Shown: piece by piece, positions 7,914 to 18,505 of the stretch | Layout: each line of letters begins with the position of its first letter | Position numbering within the stretch: the stretch's first letter is position 1 | Virus record (IMG/VR): IMGVR_UViG_3300025012_000045 | Location: 1 to 64,000 of that record | Source: a virus | Direction: 5' to 3' (one strand) | Length of the DNA stretch: 64,000 nucleotides | The notes under the pieces: model-generated | What the model saw: the letters and a program-made list of their open reading frames with translations, nothing else | Database searches by the model: none | What the model was told of the DNA's origin: nothing | Program-made: the position numbers and the translations under genes

Positions 7914-8164
7914 TTTTCTTCTATTATAAATTTCATTATTGAATCGCTTAATGGATTATTAAATGATTTAGGTAAAGGAATTTTTTTAAATCCAGGTGAT
8001 AAAGAAATATCTTTATTTTCTTCATATGTATTTTTTTTATATACCCACTCTTTCAATTCTTTTTCAAATTGATTTAATAATTTATTAAATACTTCATTTT
8101 TTTGTTCTATTGTATTTAATTTAGATATATCTGGACATTCAAATCCATATTTATAATATTCCAT
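7907..8164 (-). CDS. hypothetical protein, paralog of the C-terminus of 17031-17429
   Basis: YxxGFECPDIxxLxTxEQK...LKEWxYK shared. Confidence 0.7.
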   Translation of the reverse strand: MEYYKYGFECPDISKLNTIEQKNEVFNKLLNQFEKELKEWVYKKNTYEENKDISLSPGFKKIPLPKSFNNPLSDSIMKFIIEENC

Positions 8165-8165
8165 T

Positions 8166-8816
8166 TTATTTACGATATTTACTCAATATTTCAGCAGTTT
8201 CTTCACCAATTCTCTGCCAATCTTCTTCTGTTAAAGGTATTGGAACAAACTCTTTTTCACTTTCCTTTATTTCTTGTTTTGTTTTTTCAACAAATTTCCA
8301 GAATTTTCTTCCTGTTAATTTATTTATTCCTTGTTCATCAATATTATATCCGTTTTTTAATATTAATTCAATTATATTTTCAATCCTTTTTAAACTTTCT
8401 CCTTCTAAATCTTCATATAATTCAATAAAAAATATGTCTGGCTTTTCCATTTCTATTAATTTTTTAAACATTTCATTTATTTTTGATACAAATATCCTTT
8501 GATTTTGTAATTGTTTTGGTATATATTGTTTTGCTTCATCTCTTTTATAAATAGTTTTTACTGTTTTATTATTAACATCAGAAACAAGAAAATAATATAT
8601 TAATTCATTATATCCTTTACTTTTATCAAATCGTATAATCAAATCTAAATAATGAGTTTCATTATCATCTGGATCTTCCCCAATTGTAATAAAGGATATT
8701 TTATGCTCTTTATCCACTTTAGAATCATTACTAAATTCTGGAGAAACTTGCATTTCTTCTAATAATAATTTAGGATAATAAATTAATTCTTTAATCCTTT
8801 TTAATTGACTTTTCAT
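8166..8816 (-). CDS. putative head-packaged protein, paralog of 54580-55281
   Basis: QLKRIKELIYY..LLLEE leader; EEMQxS, TIYxR, LKNGY shared. Confidence 0.7.
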   Translation of the reverse strand: MKSQLKRIKELIYYPKLLLEEMQVSPEFSNDSKVDKEHKISFITIGEDPDDNETHYLDLIIRFDKSKGYNELIYYFLVSDVNNKTVKTIYKRDEAKQYIPKQLQNQRIFVSKINEMFKKLIEMEKPDIFFIELYEDLEGESLKRIENIIELILKNGYNIDEQGINKLTGRKFWKFVEKTKQEIKESEKEFVPIPLTEEDWQRIGEETAEILSKYRK

Positions 8817-11217
8817 TTTTAAATTTTTCTCTCCAATACTCTAATCTTTCTTTACCAATATCAACATATTCTTGATTTATTTCACAAGCATAAATATTTT
8901 CTTCCTTATATCCAGATTTTATTGCACCGATTACTTCACTCATTACCCCAGCAAAGGGAATATATAATTTTTGATCACACTCTTTAGGCAATTTAAACAA
9001 ATTCAAAATTCTATAATTTAATGATATTGGTTTTAAACAAATATGTTTATTTTTTTCTTCATTTAATCCTGCATTTTTTTCTTCTCCAGATACTTTTTTA
9101 CAATAATTCAATAAATCATGTTCTCCTTCTTCATATCGACTTATTGGGTTTAACCACTCAAAAAAATCATATAATAAATACTTATTTGACCCATAAATAG
9201 AATGAAAAATTTTATGACAATTTTCACATAATGTTATTCCATTATTTATATATAATCTATATTCAGGATAAGTTGAATAAGGTAAAATATGATGAGCAAC
9301 TAAATCACCTTCGGATTTTTTATAACATTTTTGACAAATATATTTATCTCTATAGAATATTTCTTTTCTCCAAATATTATATTCATAGCCTTCTCTTTTT
9401 TTTATTCTATCTTCTTCTAATTTTTCTGAATTCCAATTTGGGCTAGTTTCACCAGTTAATCCAAACATAGGATTTTTATCACCAGATCTAAATAATTTCT
9501 TTTCACAAGAATTACACCTAAATAGTTCTTCTTTTTTTATAAAAAATCTCCATTGGGGGGTATCAATTTTATTACAATATTTACACATATATTTTATTCT
9601 AATTGAAGAATTTTCAGGTAAGTCCCAAACCTCTATCCAAATTTTAGTATTAAATGGAACTCTTATTCCATTACTTTTTGTTTTTCTTTTTGGTATAATG
9701 TATCCATTTTTAATATATTCTTCTATTTTTCTACATCCTCTGTCTATTCTAATTTCCACTTGCTTAGAAATTAAAAATTCTTCATCATTTTTATCACATT
9801 TATGTAACACTCTTGAACATCCACCACTATCTCCATAAGTTTCTAAAAGATATTTATTGTCAAACTTACCGTATATTCCTCTATCACTTTGATATTCCCC
9901 CTGTGTTTTATTTCTTTTATGTTTATCTGGAGACATATATCCAGATTTTAATATTCCAGACTGGGTATTAAGAATTTGGGAAGTGCCATTATCCACAAAT
10001 ACTTGAGCTGGATATCTTCCAGATTCATGTAATTTTATATCTTTACCTTCATATCCACCCTCATATACATTTTTTGCTGCCTTATCTGTTTTCCAGCTAC
10101 CTTTTCCACCTAATCTTGGATCATCAACTTCTGGGTTAATTGGTACACGGTTTTCATTAATATTTACAACACTAGGAGATATTGTTGAATCTTCGTTAAA
10201 AGATAATAAATCATTTAAAACAGAACCATTTTTACATGGTTTATGAAAAATCATAATTGTCTCAACACATTGTTTAAATGGGGCAACCCCATATTTAAAT
10301 GAATCAAAACATTTTGCTAAATCACTAGCTGGTAAAGTTATATCAAATTCTTCTTCACCAGAAAATGACCACACATTTCCTTTTGTTAATCCTGCCTTAC
10401 CCCTTCCAATTATTTCCCTTTCAAGTTCTTCAATATTATCAAATGGGGCACTTAATAATTCACATAATTTATTAAATTGTTCTATTGTTGGGGTAGTTTT
10501 TCCTGTTATCCAATTATGAACTCGTCCAGTCAATCCATCAGTTTTAGAAAGAAAATGTTTTGATATATCATTTTGATTTAAATTTAATTCTTTCATTCTT
10601 TTTTCCATCCACTTTCCAAACCAAACATAATTTTTTCCTCCTCTTTTATCAATCATTTTTCCAGCATCAACCCCTTTTGGCATTGAATTTATAAAATACC
10701 AATATAGTGATTGTTGAATTTCAAATCCATTTTTAACAGCATAATATTGAAATGCTGGGAGTTGTCTATCAATTCCATAAATTATTGTAAACCCTCCATG
10801 TTTTAATATTCTAAAACTTTCTTTAAAAAATAAATCAAGTGTATTTTCATCAAACCCATCCCATTTATTCATGAAATCTTTTGGTTTCCCTTCTATAATA
10901 AATCTTCCTGTTTCTTTATCTATGATCCATTTTGAAGATAAATTATAAGGTACATCACTAAATATAGTATTAAAATAAAAATCTGGATATGTTTTTATAT
11001 CATCAAAAACATTATCACATTTAATATTAACAGATTTATTTATTTTTTTAAATACAGGAATATTACCATGTTCTAATTCATATTCTTTATTATCTTTTAA
11101 ATTTTTCAACAAATACTTATCATTATCTAATTTTTTTAAATATTGCCCCTCATTACCTTTTTTAGTAATAAATAAATCACCTTCATTGAGGTCTTTTAAT
11201 AAAACTTGACTTTCCAT
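8791..11217 (-). CDS. N6A/N4C DNA methyltransferase with in-frame XRE-HTH and HNH insertions
   Basis: SDVPY catalytic motif, RILKHGG, H..LKPISL, IPFAG SAM motif; inserted HTH; CQKC..AHHI..NGITLCENCHKIFH HNH. Confidence 0.85.
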   Translation of the reverse strand: MESQVLLKDLNEGDLFITKKGNEGQYLKKLDNDKYLLKNLKDNKEYELEHGNIPVFKKINKSVNIKCDNVFDDIKTYPDFYFNTIFSDVPYNLSSKWIIDKETGRFIIEGKPKDFMNKWDGFDENTLDLFFKESFRILKHGGFTIIYGIDRQLPAFQYYAVKNGFEIQQSLYWYFINSMPKGVDAGKMIDKRGGKNYVWFGKWMEKRMKELNLNQNDISKHFLSKTDGLTGRVHNWITGKTTPTIEQFNKLCELLSAPFDNIEELEREIIGRGKAGLTKGNVWSFSGEEEFDITLPASDLAKCFDSFKYGVAPFKQCVETIMIFHKPCKNGSVLNDLLSFNEDSTISPSVVNINENRVPINPEVDDPRLGGKGSWKTDKAAKNVYEGGYEGKDIKLHESGRYPAQVFVDNGTSQILNTQSGILKSGYMSPDKHKRNKTQGEYQSDRGIYGKFDNKYLLETYGDSGGCSRVLHKCDKNDEEFLISKQVEIRIDRGCRKIEEYIKNGYIIPKRKTKSNGIRVPFNTKIWIEVWDLPENSSIRIKYMCKYCNKIDTPQWRFFIKKEELFRCNSCEKKLFRSGDKNPMFGLTGETSPNWNSEKLEEDRIKKREGYEYNIWRKEIFYRDKYICQKCYKKSEGDLVAHHILPYSTYPEYRLYINNGITLCENCHKIFHSIYGSNKYLLYDFFEWLNPISRYEEGEHDLLNYCKKVSGEEKNAGLNEEKNKHICLKPISLNYRILNLFKLPKECDQKLYIPFAGVMSEVIGAIKSGYKEENIYACEINQEYVDIGKERLEYWREKFKNEKSIKKD

Positions 11218-11223
11218 AATAGT

Positions 11224-11493
11224 TTAATAATGTATTATAGTTTTGAATATTTCTTTTGACTCTTCTATAATTACATATTTATTTATATAATCTATTTGTG
11301 TCTGTGCTTCATCTTTTGTAGAATACCTTTCACAATTAAACCAAGGAATATCAATATGATAAATACAACAATTTTCTCTTATATAATCATTTGTTGATCT
11401 CCACCAATGCCAATATAAAAATGATTCTTTATATTGTGGAATAAAATAATGTTCTCCAGAATATAATATTATTTCTTTTATTCTTGTTTCCAT
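11224..11493 (-). CDS. hypothetical protein
   Basis: 89-aa ORF. Confidence 0.6.
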   Translation of the reverse strand: METRIKEIILYSGEHYFIPQYKESFLYWHWWRSTNDYIRENCCIYHIDIPWFNCERYSTKDEAQTQIDYINKYVIIEESKEIFKTIIHY

Positions 11494-11563
11494 AACTATT
11501 AATAATTATTAGTTGAAAATATAAAAACAAATATAAACATAATATTTTAAAAAATCAATAAAA

Positions 11564-14080
11564 TTAACCACATTTGGAAAATTTGCATTGTAAACATCGT
11601 AAACACCCCTCTTCTCTTATCAAACTATCTTGTTTACATTCTGGACATTTTTTATCACTTAATTCTTCATTATTATCAATATATCTTCTTAACGTTCTTG
11701 ATATTGCTTTTCCAAAAGAAACAATCGTACCTTCTGACTTATCCAGTTGTTCAACAACATATTTTATGTCAGCGCCATGTCTTAATCCAGTTGAAATCAT
11801 TCTGGTTAATGTTTCATGTTCATCTTTATCAAAGTGGGAGGTTAAATCTTCCAATATAAATCCATTGTCCAATTCCAGATCATAATATCCTTTTTTTATT
11901 TTTATTAATTTTCCTTTTTTAACAGTTTGTGGAATATGAATTTTCTTTAATTTTAAACCAAAAACTTCATATGGATCTCCTTCATATAATCCAACAATTA
12001 CTAACCATTTTTTTCCAAGTGCAGTAACATTATAAATATCGCATTCAAGTTCCTTTGGTCTTTTAGGTGCTTGAGTTTTATTAATTTTATTATTATTTTT
12101 TTTAACTTCTGATAATACTGTTGTCATTGTCCCTGCACGATATGTTGTACATCCTTTTATTGTTCCTGTTTCATATGCATTTAAATATACTTTTTTAAAA
12201 TTTTCATAACTATAATCATTAGGTAAGTTTATAGTTTTTGAAATTGATGAATCTATGTATTTAGCAAATATTGCCATGGGGTTAATGTGTTCATCAATAG
12301 TTAATTCAGTAGTTGTTGCAGCCCATTTTGCATTTGGATCCCATTCATTTTTTTCTTCTAAATATCTTACAGCATAATCTTTTACTTTAGTTTCTTTTGT
12401 TAATCCTCTATTTTTATCATATTTCCAAATATTATTATTAAACTCTGTAAATAAAATACTTTCATCCCCTTCTTTTTTCCATTTCCAAATTGTACCATTT
12501 GTATTAAATTTTTTATTATCCCAATCAATATTTTTCGGTTCTAACACTCCTTCTGGTGGAAACGGTTGCATTGTTGTTCTAATATATTCTGGCATAAATA
12601 TTGGTTCTAACCCACCAGAAACATTATTAACATAAACTGAAGAATTACCAGTTGGTTGAATTGATAATAAATGTGAGTTTCTTATTCCATATTTTTCAAT
12701 TAATTCTTTTGTTTCTTTAAATAATACTTTAACAAATTTGCTTTTTAAATATTTTTCTTTATCAAATAATAGAAAATGCCCTTTTTCTTTAGATAATAAA
12801 GCAGATGATTCATATGCACAATTACTAATAAAAGTCATTAATTTTTCTGTTAATTTTAATGCTTTATCAGAACCATATCTAATTTTCATCATCATAAGTG
12901 CAGATCCATAACCTAAAATACCCAACCCTATTCTTCGTTTATTTTGTAAATTTTCTTTTTGAATATCTAAAGGGACGTATGTTATATCATTAACATTATC
13001 AAGAAATCTAACCGATATTGGAATAATTTTTTTTAATTTATTATAATCCCAATCATTATTTTCTTTATTAATAAATTGAGTTAAATTTAAAGAGCCCAAT
13101 AAACAAACTGCACCAATAGGAAGACATTGTTCACCACAAGGATTCACTGCATCAATATTTTCACAATAATACAAATTATTCAACCTATTAATCGTATCAA
13201 TAAAAATTATTCCTGGTTCATTTCTATTATATGTAGATTTCATTATAAGATCCAAAAGTTCATTAGCATTTTTATATTCTTTATAAACTTTAACAGGATA
13301 TCCTTTTTGTTTCCAGTTATCTAAATTACCTTCCCATTCTTTTTTATATTTTTCTTTTATCTCATCAGAATACTCATAATCTGGAAATTCTAATTTCCAT
13401 TCTTTATTTTCTTTAACTGAATTCATAAAATTATCAGTTATCAATACTGACATATTAAATTTAGTTAATCTTCCTGGAGTTTGTTTTGCAATTATAAATT
13501 CTTCAATATCTGGGTGCCAACAATACATTGTTACCATCTGGGCTCCTTTTCTTATTTTAACTTTAGCTTTTCTATTTATATTGTTTTTCCCGCTGCCTTC
13601 TGTAATTACAGCACTTTGTGTATCCCACATATCTAACATCTTAACTGAACCAGGAGATTCATTTCCAATTCCGCCAATAAATGAACCCCTCGGTCTCATT
13701 GTACTAGCACAAAAACCATAACCCCCTTCTGATTTTAAAATCAACGCTTGTCTTCTTAATTCAGCTAAAATTCCTTCCATTGAATCATTATCTTCTCCTT
13801 GAAAACCTGATACAAAACAATTGATCAAACTAGTTCCTTTTAATCCTGTTCCAGCATTTGATGTAATTCTACCCCCAGGAACAAATTTAAAATCATGTAG
13901 AATATCTAAAAACTTTTCAGTCCAATATTCTTTATCTTTTTCAACAGAAGCAATATTTTTAGCAACTCTTAAAAACGTATCATTTATTATTTCGTCCCCA
14001 TATTTATAAGTTTGTTCATAAATTTCTTTGCTAAAATCATCTATAAATTTAGTTTCTCTTTCTATTAACACTTCTTCCAT
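11564..14080 (-). CDS. nrdJ: class II (adenosylcobalamin-dependent) ribonucleotide reductase
   Basis: PGGRI, NCFV, NPCGEQ, RRIGLG, QPTG motifs; C-terminal TSCPD-like domain and zinc ribbon. Confidence 0.93.
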   Translation of the reverse strand: MEEVLIERETKFIDDFSKEIYEQTYKYGDEIINDTFLRVAKNIASVEKDKEYWTEKFLDILHDFKFVPGGRITSNAGTGLKGTSLINCFVSGFQGEDNDSMEGILAELRRQALILKSEGGYGFCASTMRPRGSFIGGIGNESPGSVKMLDMWDTQSAVITEGSGKNNINRKAKVKIRKGAQMVTMYCWHPDIEEFIIAKQTPGRLTKFNMSVLITDNFMNSVKENKEWKLEFPDYEYSDEIKEKYKKEWEGNLDNWKQKGYPVKVYKEYKNANELLDLIMKSTYNRNEPGIIFIDTINRLNNLYYCENIDAVNPCGEQCLPIGAVCLLGSLNLTQFINKENNDWDYNKLKKIIPISVRFLDNVNDITYVPLDIQKENLQNKRRIGLGILGYGSALMMMKIRYGSDKALKLTEKLMTFISNCAYESSALLSKEKGHFLLFDKEKYLKSKFVKVLFKETKELIEKYGIRNSHLLSIQPTGNSSVYVNNVSGGLEPIFMPEYIRTTMQPFPPEGVLEPKNIDWDNKKFNTNGTIWKWKKEGDESILFTEFNNNIWKYDKNRGLTKETKVKDYAVRYLEEKNEWDPNAKWAATTTELTIDEHINPMAIFAKYIDSSISKTINLPNDYSYENFKKVYLNAYETGTIKGCTTYRAGTMTTVLSEVKKNNNKINKTQAPKRPKELECDIYNVTALGKKWLVIVGLYEGDPYEVFGLKLKKIHIPQTVKKGKLIKIKKGYYDLELDNGFILEDLTSHFDKDEHETLTRMISTGLRHGADIKYVVEQLDKSEGTIVSFGKAISRTLRRYIDNNEELSDKKCPECKQDSLIREEGCLRCLQCKFSKCG

Positions 14081-14179
14081 TTATTAATGTTTAATAAAAT
14101 AATGATTATTTTCAAACTGTAAATCAATCAAATATTGAACCTCATCAGGATTAACTGTAGTAGTTTCTTTTCTCACGTT

Positions 14180-15595
14180 TTAATTATTTATTTCTTTTTG
14201 TTTCATTCTTTCTATTGCACTCAAAACTCTTTCTCTGTTTGTTGAAGATTCACTATCAGATTTTTCATTTTCATAATTAAATGTTGTGATAATTTTTTTT
14301 GATGCAGTGTCAATATAAACTCTTGAATTATCAAAAGTACAATCCTGAAATATAACTCCGTCTCTTCCAAATCTTGATTTAAGTATGGCAATAGTTGCTA
14401 AACCAAGTTCTTTTTGTTGTAAACTTTTAGCAATAGAAATTACTAAATGTCCCACTTGAGCTCTTTTAATTGAGCCCCCCATTTGGTCCAATTTAACAAT
14501 ATCACCTGATGTGGATGATCTATTTCCTTGTAACCCGCACCAACCCACCATATCCAAATCATATAACATTGATTCAAATGATCTAATAACTGATCCCTCT
14601 GCAACATTAATATCATCTATTCTTTTATCTGGTAATACACAATCCAAATAATCTAAAATTACAATATCTGGTTTAAACCCTATTGATATTAATCTTTTAA
14701 TAAAATTTTTAATTTTATTCATAGATACAGTACCAGAAGGAAATCTTTTTATTTGTAATATACCATCACTAAATTTAGGATTTTCTTTTTTTATTTCATC
14801 TAGTATCTTAATTACTTTCTCTTTATTTTTTGATAATTCGTTTAATTCAATTCCAGTCCAACAAGATAAATGTTTTCTTCTTATTTGTATATCACTATCC
14901 TCAAAAATTAATTGTAAAACATTATATCCCATATTCTTTCCTGTATTGGCTATTTTAGTAAGTATTGTGGTTTTTCCGGCACCAGTCCCAGCAAAAATAA
15001 CACCCAATTCTCCTTTTGATAACCCACCATCTATTGTTTTATCAATTCCTTTTATTCCTGTTGGAATTGGTCTTCTAAAATTTTCTGCCAAAACATCTTC
15101 TAACCCTGACATAACATCAATTCCATCATCATTTTCTTCACCAATATTTAGAGTTTCCCTTAATTTTTCTTCTAACTTATCATAATTTTCAAACTCACCC
15201 CTTTCCAATACATTATTACAATATTGTAGTGCTTTTTTCAATGATTGTTGTTTGCAAAATTTAAGTGATTTATCTTGAATAAATTTACTATCTTCTAATG
15301 ATTGATTTTTAATTAATTTAATTAAAGAATGTAAATATTCTTTTTGAATGTCATCCTTAATCTCAATTGAAATCATTTGCATTATATTATCATATGTAGG
15401 AATATTCTCATATTTTTCATAATAATCTTTTATAAAGACAACAATTTGTCTATAATTCATATTATCAAAATATTTTGTCTTAATTACATTAAGAATTCTA
15501 TCTGCAAATTTACGATCTGAAAATATCTGAGTCAATAATTTTAATTGAAATGTTTGACCTAAAAAACTAAATGATTGTATGTTTTTTTGTTGCAT
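14180..15595 (-). CDS. replicative DnaB-like helicase (T4 gp41-like)
   Basis: Walker A GTGAGKT, DYLD, QGNR, KSRFG. Confidence 0.92.
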   Translation of the reverse strand: MQQKNIQSFSFLGQTFQLKLLTQIFSDRKFADRILNVIKTKYFDNMNYRQIVVFIKDYYEKYENIPTYDNIMQMISIEIKDDIQKEYLHSLIKLIKNQSLEDSKFIQDKSLKFCKQQSLKKALQYCNNVLERGEFENYDKLEEKLRETLNIGEENDDGIDVMSGLEDVLAENFRRPIPTGIKGIDKTIDGGLSKGELGVIFAGTGAGKTTILTKIANTGKNMGYNVLQLIFEDSDIQIRRKHLSCWTGIELNELSKNKEKVIKILDEIKKENPKFSDGILQIKRFPSGTVSMNKIKNFIKRLISIGFKPDIVILDYLDCVLPDKRIDDINVAEGSVIRSFESMLYDLDMVGWCGLQGNRSSTSGDIVKLDQMGGSIKRAQVGHLVISIAKSLQQKELGLATIAILKSRFGRDGVIFQDCTFDNSRVYIDTASKKIITTFNYENEKSDSESSTNRERVLSAIERMKQKEINN

Positions 15596-15696
15596 GGTTA
15601 TCTTATTTTAAAAATGTTATGTATAACTTATAAATATTAATATTAGATAAAAAAACTAAAATATTTTTATTAAAATTTTTTTGAATATTGAGATAT

Positions 15697-15945
15697 TTAG
15701 TTACTGGATTCCTCTTGTCCGTTGCCAGTGGAGTACCAAAATTTTGGTCTAAGATCATATTCTTGCCACATATATCTTATATCTCTTTTTTTCAATGTCT
15801 CTTGTATTATTTCAACAATTTCATCCACCATATATCTTATATCTACAGAATTACGAACCTGTGGATTATAAACATCTGCTGAAAAATATCTAGATATCAC
15901 AATATTGTTATTAATCTTTAACTGAAACTCAAACTTATTTTCCAT
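15697..15945 (-). CDS. conserved phage hypothetical protein
   Basis: ORF in the replication block. Confidence 0.65.
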   Translation of the reverse strand: MENKFEFQLKINNNIVISRYFSADVYNPQVRNSVDIRYMVDEIVEIIQETLKKRDIRYMWQEYDLRPKFWYSTGNGQEESSN

Positions 15946-15965
15946 TTTTATTTGTTTTTAATATT

Positions 15966-16643
15966 TTATTTTTCACTTTTTTTACAAATTAAACAGGAAC
16001 CATAACATCCACTTTCTCCACAAAATTTACATTTATGAATAGGTATTTTTGTATTGGTATCAATCACATGCACAGGTCTCATTCCAATATCATAAATACG
16101 TCCATAATTATTTTTAAAAATAACATTCTTTTTTGATTTATATTTAAGTTCTGAAACTTCTTTTTGATATATATTAATTTCTTCAACAATCAATTTGTAT
16201 TTTGGGTGTTTCTCAAGTTGTTCTTTAAGTGCGGTTTCTCTACTACCTTCATTTGGATATGTTTTTTTATTTTGTGAATCCCAAATAACTTGTTTATATT
16301 CCAATTCAATTAAATCTTTTTGTTCTATTAACTTACTTATTTTTATATTTAATTTATCAATTGTTTTTTCAATATCCAGATTTTCAAGTTCAATACATGT
16401 TATCTGGGCTGATAAACCTAATGGAGATAAAGTATCATCTTTTTCATCTGGTGGATATTTTTCTAATACTTTTTTAACCTCATCATCTGGTAATCCCTTA
16501 CTTAATATTTCTTTAGCTTCTTTCGATGGTAAACCAGTGGATTTATTTAATATTTCTTCAATTTCCTTATCTGATAAAGTATTTATATATTTATCAAAAT
16601 TTATTTTTTCAGATATTTTATTTTCTTTTGTTTCCATAATCAT
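15966..16643 (-). CDS. coiled-coil protein with C-terminal Cys cluster
   Basis: CKFCGESGCYGSCLIC. Confidence 0.6.
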   Translation of the reverse strand: MIMETKENKISEKINFDKYINTLSDKEIEEILNKSTGLPSKEAKEILSKGLPDDEVKKVLEKYPPDEKDDTLSPLGLSAQITCIELENLDIEKTIDKLNIKISKLIEQKDLIELEYKQVIWDSQNKKTYPNEGSRETALKEQLEKHPKYKLIVEEINIYQKEVSELKYKSKKNVIFKNNYGRIYDIGMRPVHVIDTNTKIPIHKCKFCGESGCYGSCLICKKSEK

Positions 16644-16690
16644 TTAATTTTTTTAAATATAAGATATAATTCAAAAAATGTAAATAGTTA

Positions 16691-17014
16691 TTATTTATTT
16701 TTTTTATTGTCTTTATTAATTATTATTTTTTTACCTTTAATAACTTTATTAACACTATTCATAAATTCAAGTGTTGTCATTTCTCCATATTTAACACACA
16801 AAGAATCACAACCAAAATTATTTCTATATTTTTTAATTGACATTTTTTCAATCTTTTTAAGTTTATTTTTATTTTCTTGTAATTGTGCATATCTCATTAC
16901 AACCAATTCATCAAAAATATTTATTGGTAATACATCTGATGATAAATGAATACTATCATTATCTTTATCGTCAGTACCGACCCAAGTATAATATCTGCCC
17001 CTTATATAACTCAT
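16691..17014 (-). CDS. hypothetical protein
   Basis: 107-aa ORF. Confidence 0.65.
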   Translation of the reverse strand: MSYIRGRYYTWVGTDDKDNDSIHLSSDVLPINIFDELVVMRYAQLQENKNKLKKIEKMSIKKYRNNFGCDSLCVKYGEMTTLEFMNSVNKVIKGKKIIINKDNKKNK

Positions 17015-17030
17015 AATTTTTTAAATTTTA

Positions 17031-17429
17031 TTATTTATAAATCCATTCTTTTAATTGTTCTTGAAAACTATTTAAAATTTTATTATAAATTTCATCTTTC
17101 TGTTCTTTTGTTATTAAATTATTAATATCTGGACATTCAAATCCCCAGGTATAATATTTTAATTCTGGTTTGTTATCCAAACCATTAGTTAATTCTTTAT
17201 ATATTCCTTGTTCAAATGAATTCATTTCATCTGAATATATATGATAATAAAAATTATTATGCCCATCTTTAAATTTTGACCATTTTAACAGACCTTTTTT
17301 ATCATATGATAGTTCATATTCGATTGCAACAATATCATCTAGTTTCAATTCATTAATCTCTCCAAATATTCTTTTAACATATTCTTTATCAAACTCACCA
17401 TTCACTTTAACTGTTACTTTATCATTCAT
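17031..17429 (-). CDS. hypothetical protein
   Basis: C-terminus paralogous to 7907-8164. Confidence 0.65.
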   Translation of the reverse strand: MNDKVTVKVNGEFDKEYVKRIFGEINELKLDDIVAIEYELSYDKKGLLKWSKFKDGHNNFYYHIYSDEMNSFEQGIYKELTNGLDNKPELKYYTWGFECPDINNLITKEQKDEIYNKILNSFQEQLKEWIYK

Positions 17430-18453
17430 AATTTTTCAAATAATCCTTCTCGCTATTTACGATTCGAATAAATGGTTCCAAATAATCAACATAATCTTGA
17501 TTCCAGATTACATTAATGAATCCAGAATCTGTCATGAGTTTCAAAAGATTTTTTGACCCTCTGTTTTCATCGTCCAAAGGCAATGTGTGTATGTCTTTTA
17601 CCATTTCTATAGCTTCATCTGTTATAAATGGTTTAGATAAGTCAACTAATTTTAAATTTCTTTCATATATATCTCTACCATTTAATAAATTATTTAAACT
17701 TTTTAATGGTTTATTTTTATTTTTTATTCTTTCTTCTTGAATTAATTTTGTTTTATCTATTATTTCATTAAAAGTAATGGTTTTCTTTTTTATTTCTGGA
17801 AAATATTTTAAAAGTGTTTTTTCTTTGATCATTTTTATGCCTGATATATTATCGCTAGTATCGCCTTCGATTGCCTTAACTAATACTGTATTAGATAAAT
17901 GATGTTTAAAAAATAAAAAATAATTATTTTTTGTAATTATTGTTTTTTTATTAGCTAAATATAAACTGACTCTATTATTTATTAATTGTAACAAATCTCT
18001 ATCATTAGTATATATTACCACTTCTTCATTTTCTAATAAATTTTGACAATAATAAGAAATCATATCATCTGCTTCTGTTTCATCATCTTCTACCTGCCTA
18101 AAAAACAATTCTTCTGCAAATTTTTTTATGTTTATTCTTTGTATTAAAATAGATTTATCTTTCTCTAATTCCTTTTTTATTTCTTTATCGGTTAATTCTA
18201 ATGGATTTGAATACCACGATTTACCTATACGATTAGATTTATATTCTGAAAATATACGATATCGTAATATTCCAGAATGAATCCCATCAAAAAATAATAT
18301 GATTCTATCTGGATTAATGATCGGTAATAATTTTCTTATTATAGTAAAAAAACCAAATAACCCCCCAATATGATTATCTGCAAAATATAAATCTTTCCAA
18401 GCATTTATTGATTGTTTTAATAAATATTGTGCATCTACACAAAGAGTTTTCAT
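17422..18453 (-). CDS. 5'-3' exonuclease / flap endonuclease (T4 RNase H / PolA N-terminal type)
   Basis: VDA, FDG, YKSNR, EADD, DRDLLQL, GDTSDNISGI motifs. Confidence 0.92.
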   Translation of the reverse strand: MKTLCVDAQYLLKQSINAWKDLYFADNHIGGLFGFFTIIRKLLPIINPDRIILFFDGIHSGILRYRIFSEYKSNRIGKSWYSNPLELTDKEIKKELEKDKSILIQRINIKKFAEELFFRQVEDDETEADDMISYYCQNLLENEEVVIYTNDRDLLQLINNRVSLYLANKKTIITKNNYFLFFKHHLSNTVLVKAIEGDTSDNISGIKMIKEKTLLKYFPEIKKKTITFNEIIDKTKLIQEERIKNKNKPLKSLNNLLNGRDIYERNLKLVDLSKPFITDEAIEMVKDIHTLPLDDENRGSKNLLKLMTDSGFINVIWNQDYVDYLEPFIRIVNSEKDYLKNYE

Positions 18454-18505
18454 ATTCTTATTTTAAATTATTATTTGCCAACTCTCAATAACTTACTGTA
18501 TAATT

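Noticed and set aside
9130-9790. Intein in the methyltransferase
   Set aside because: No recognisable N-terminal Cys block or His-Asn/Cys-Ser-Thr junction
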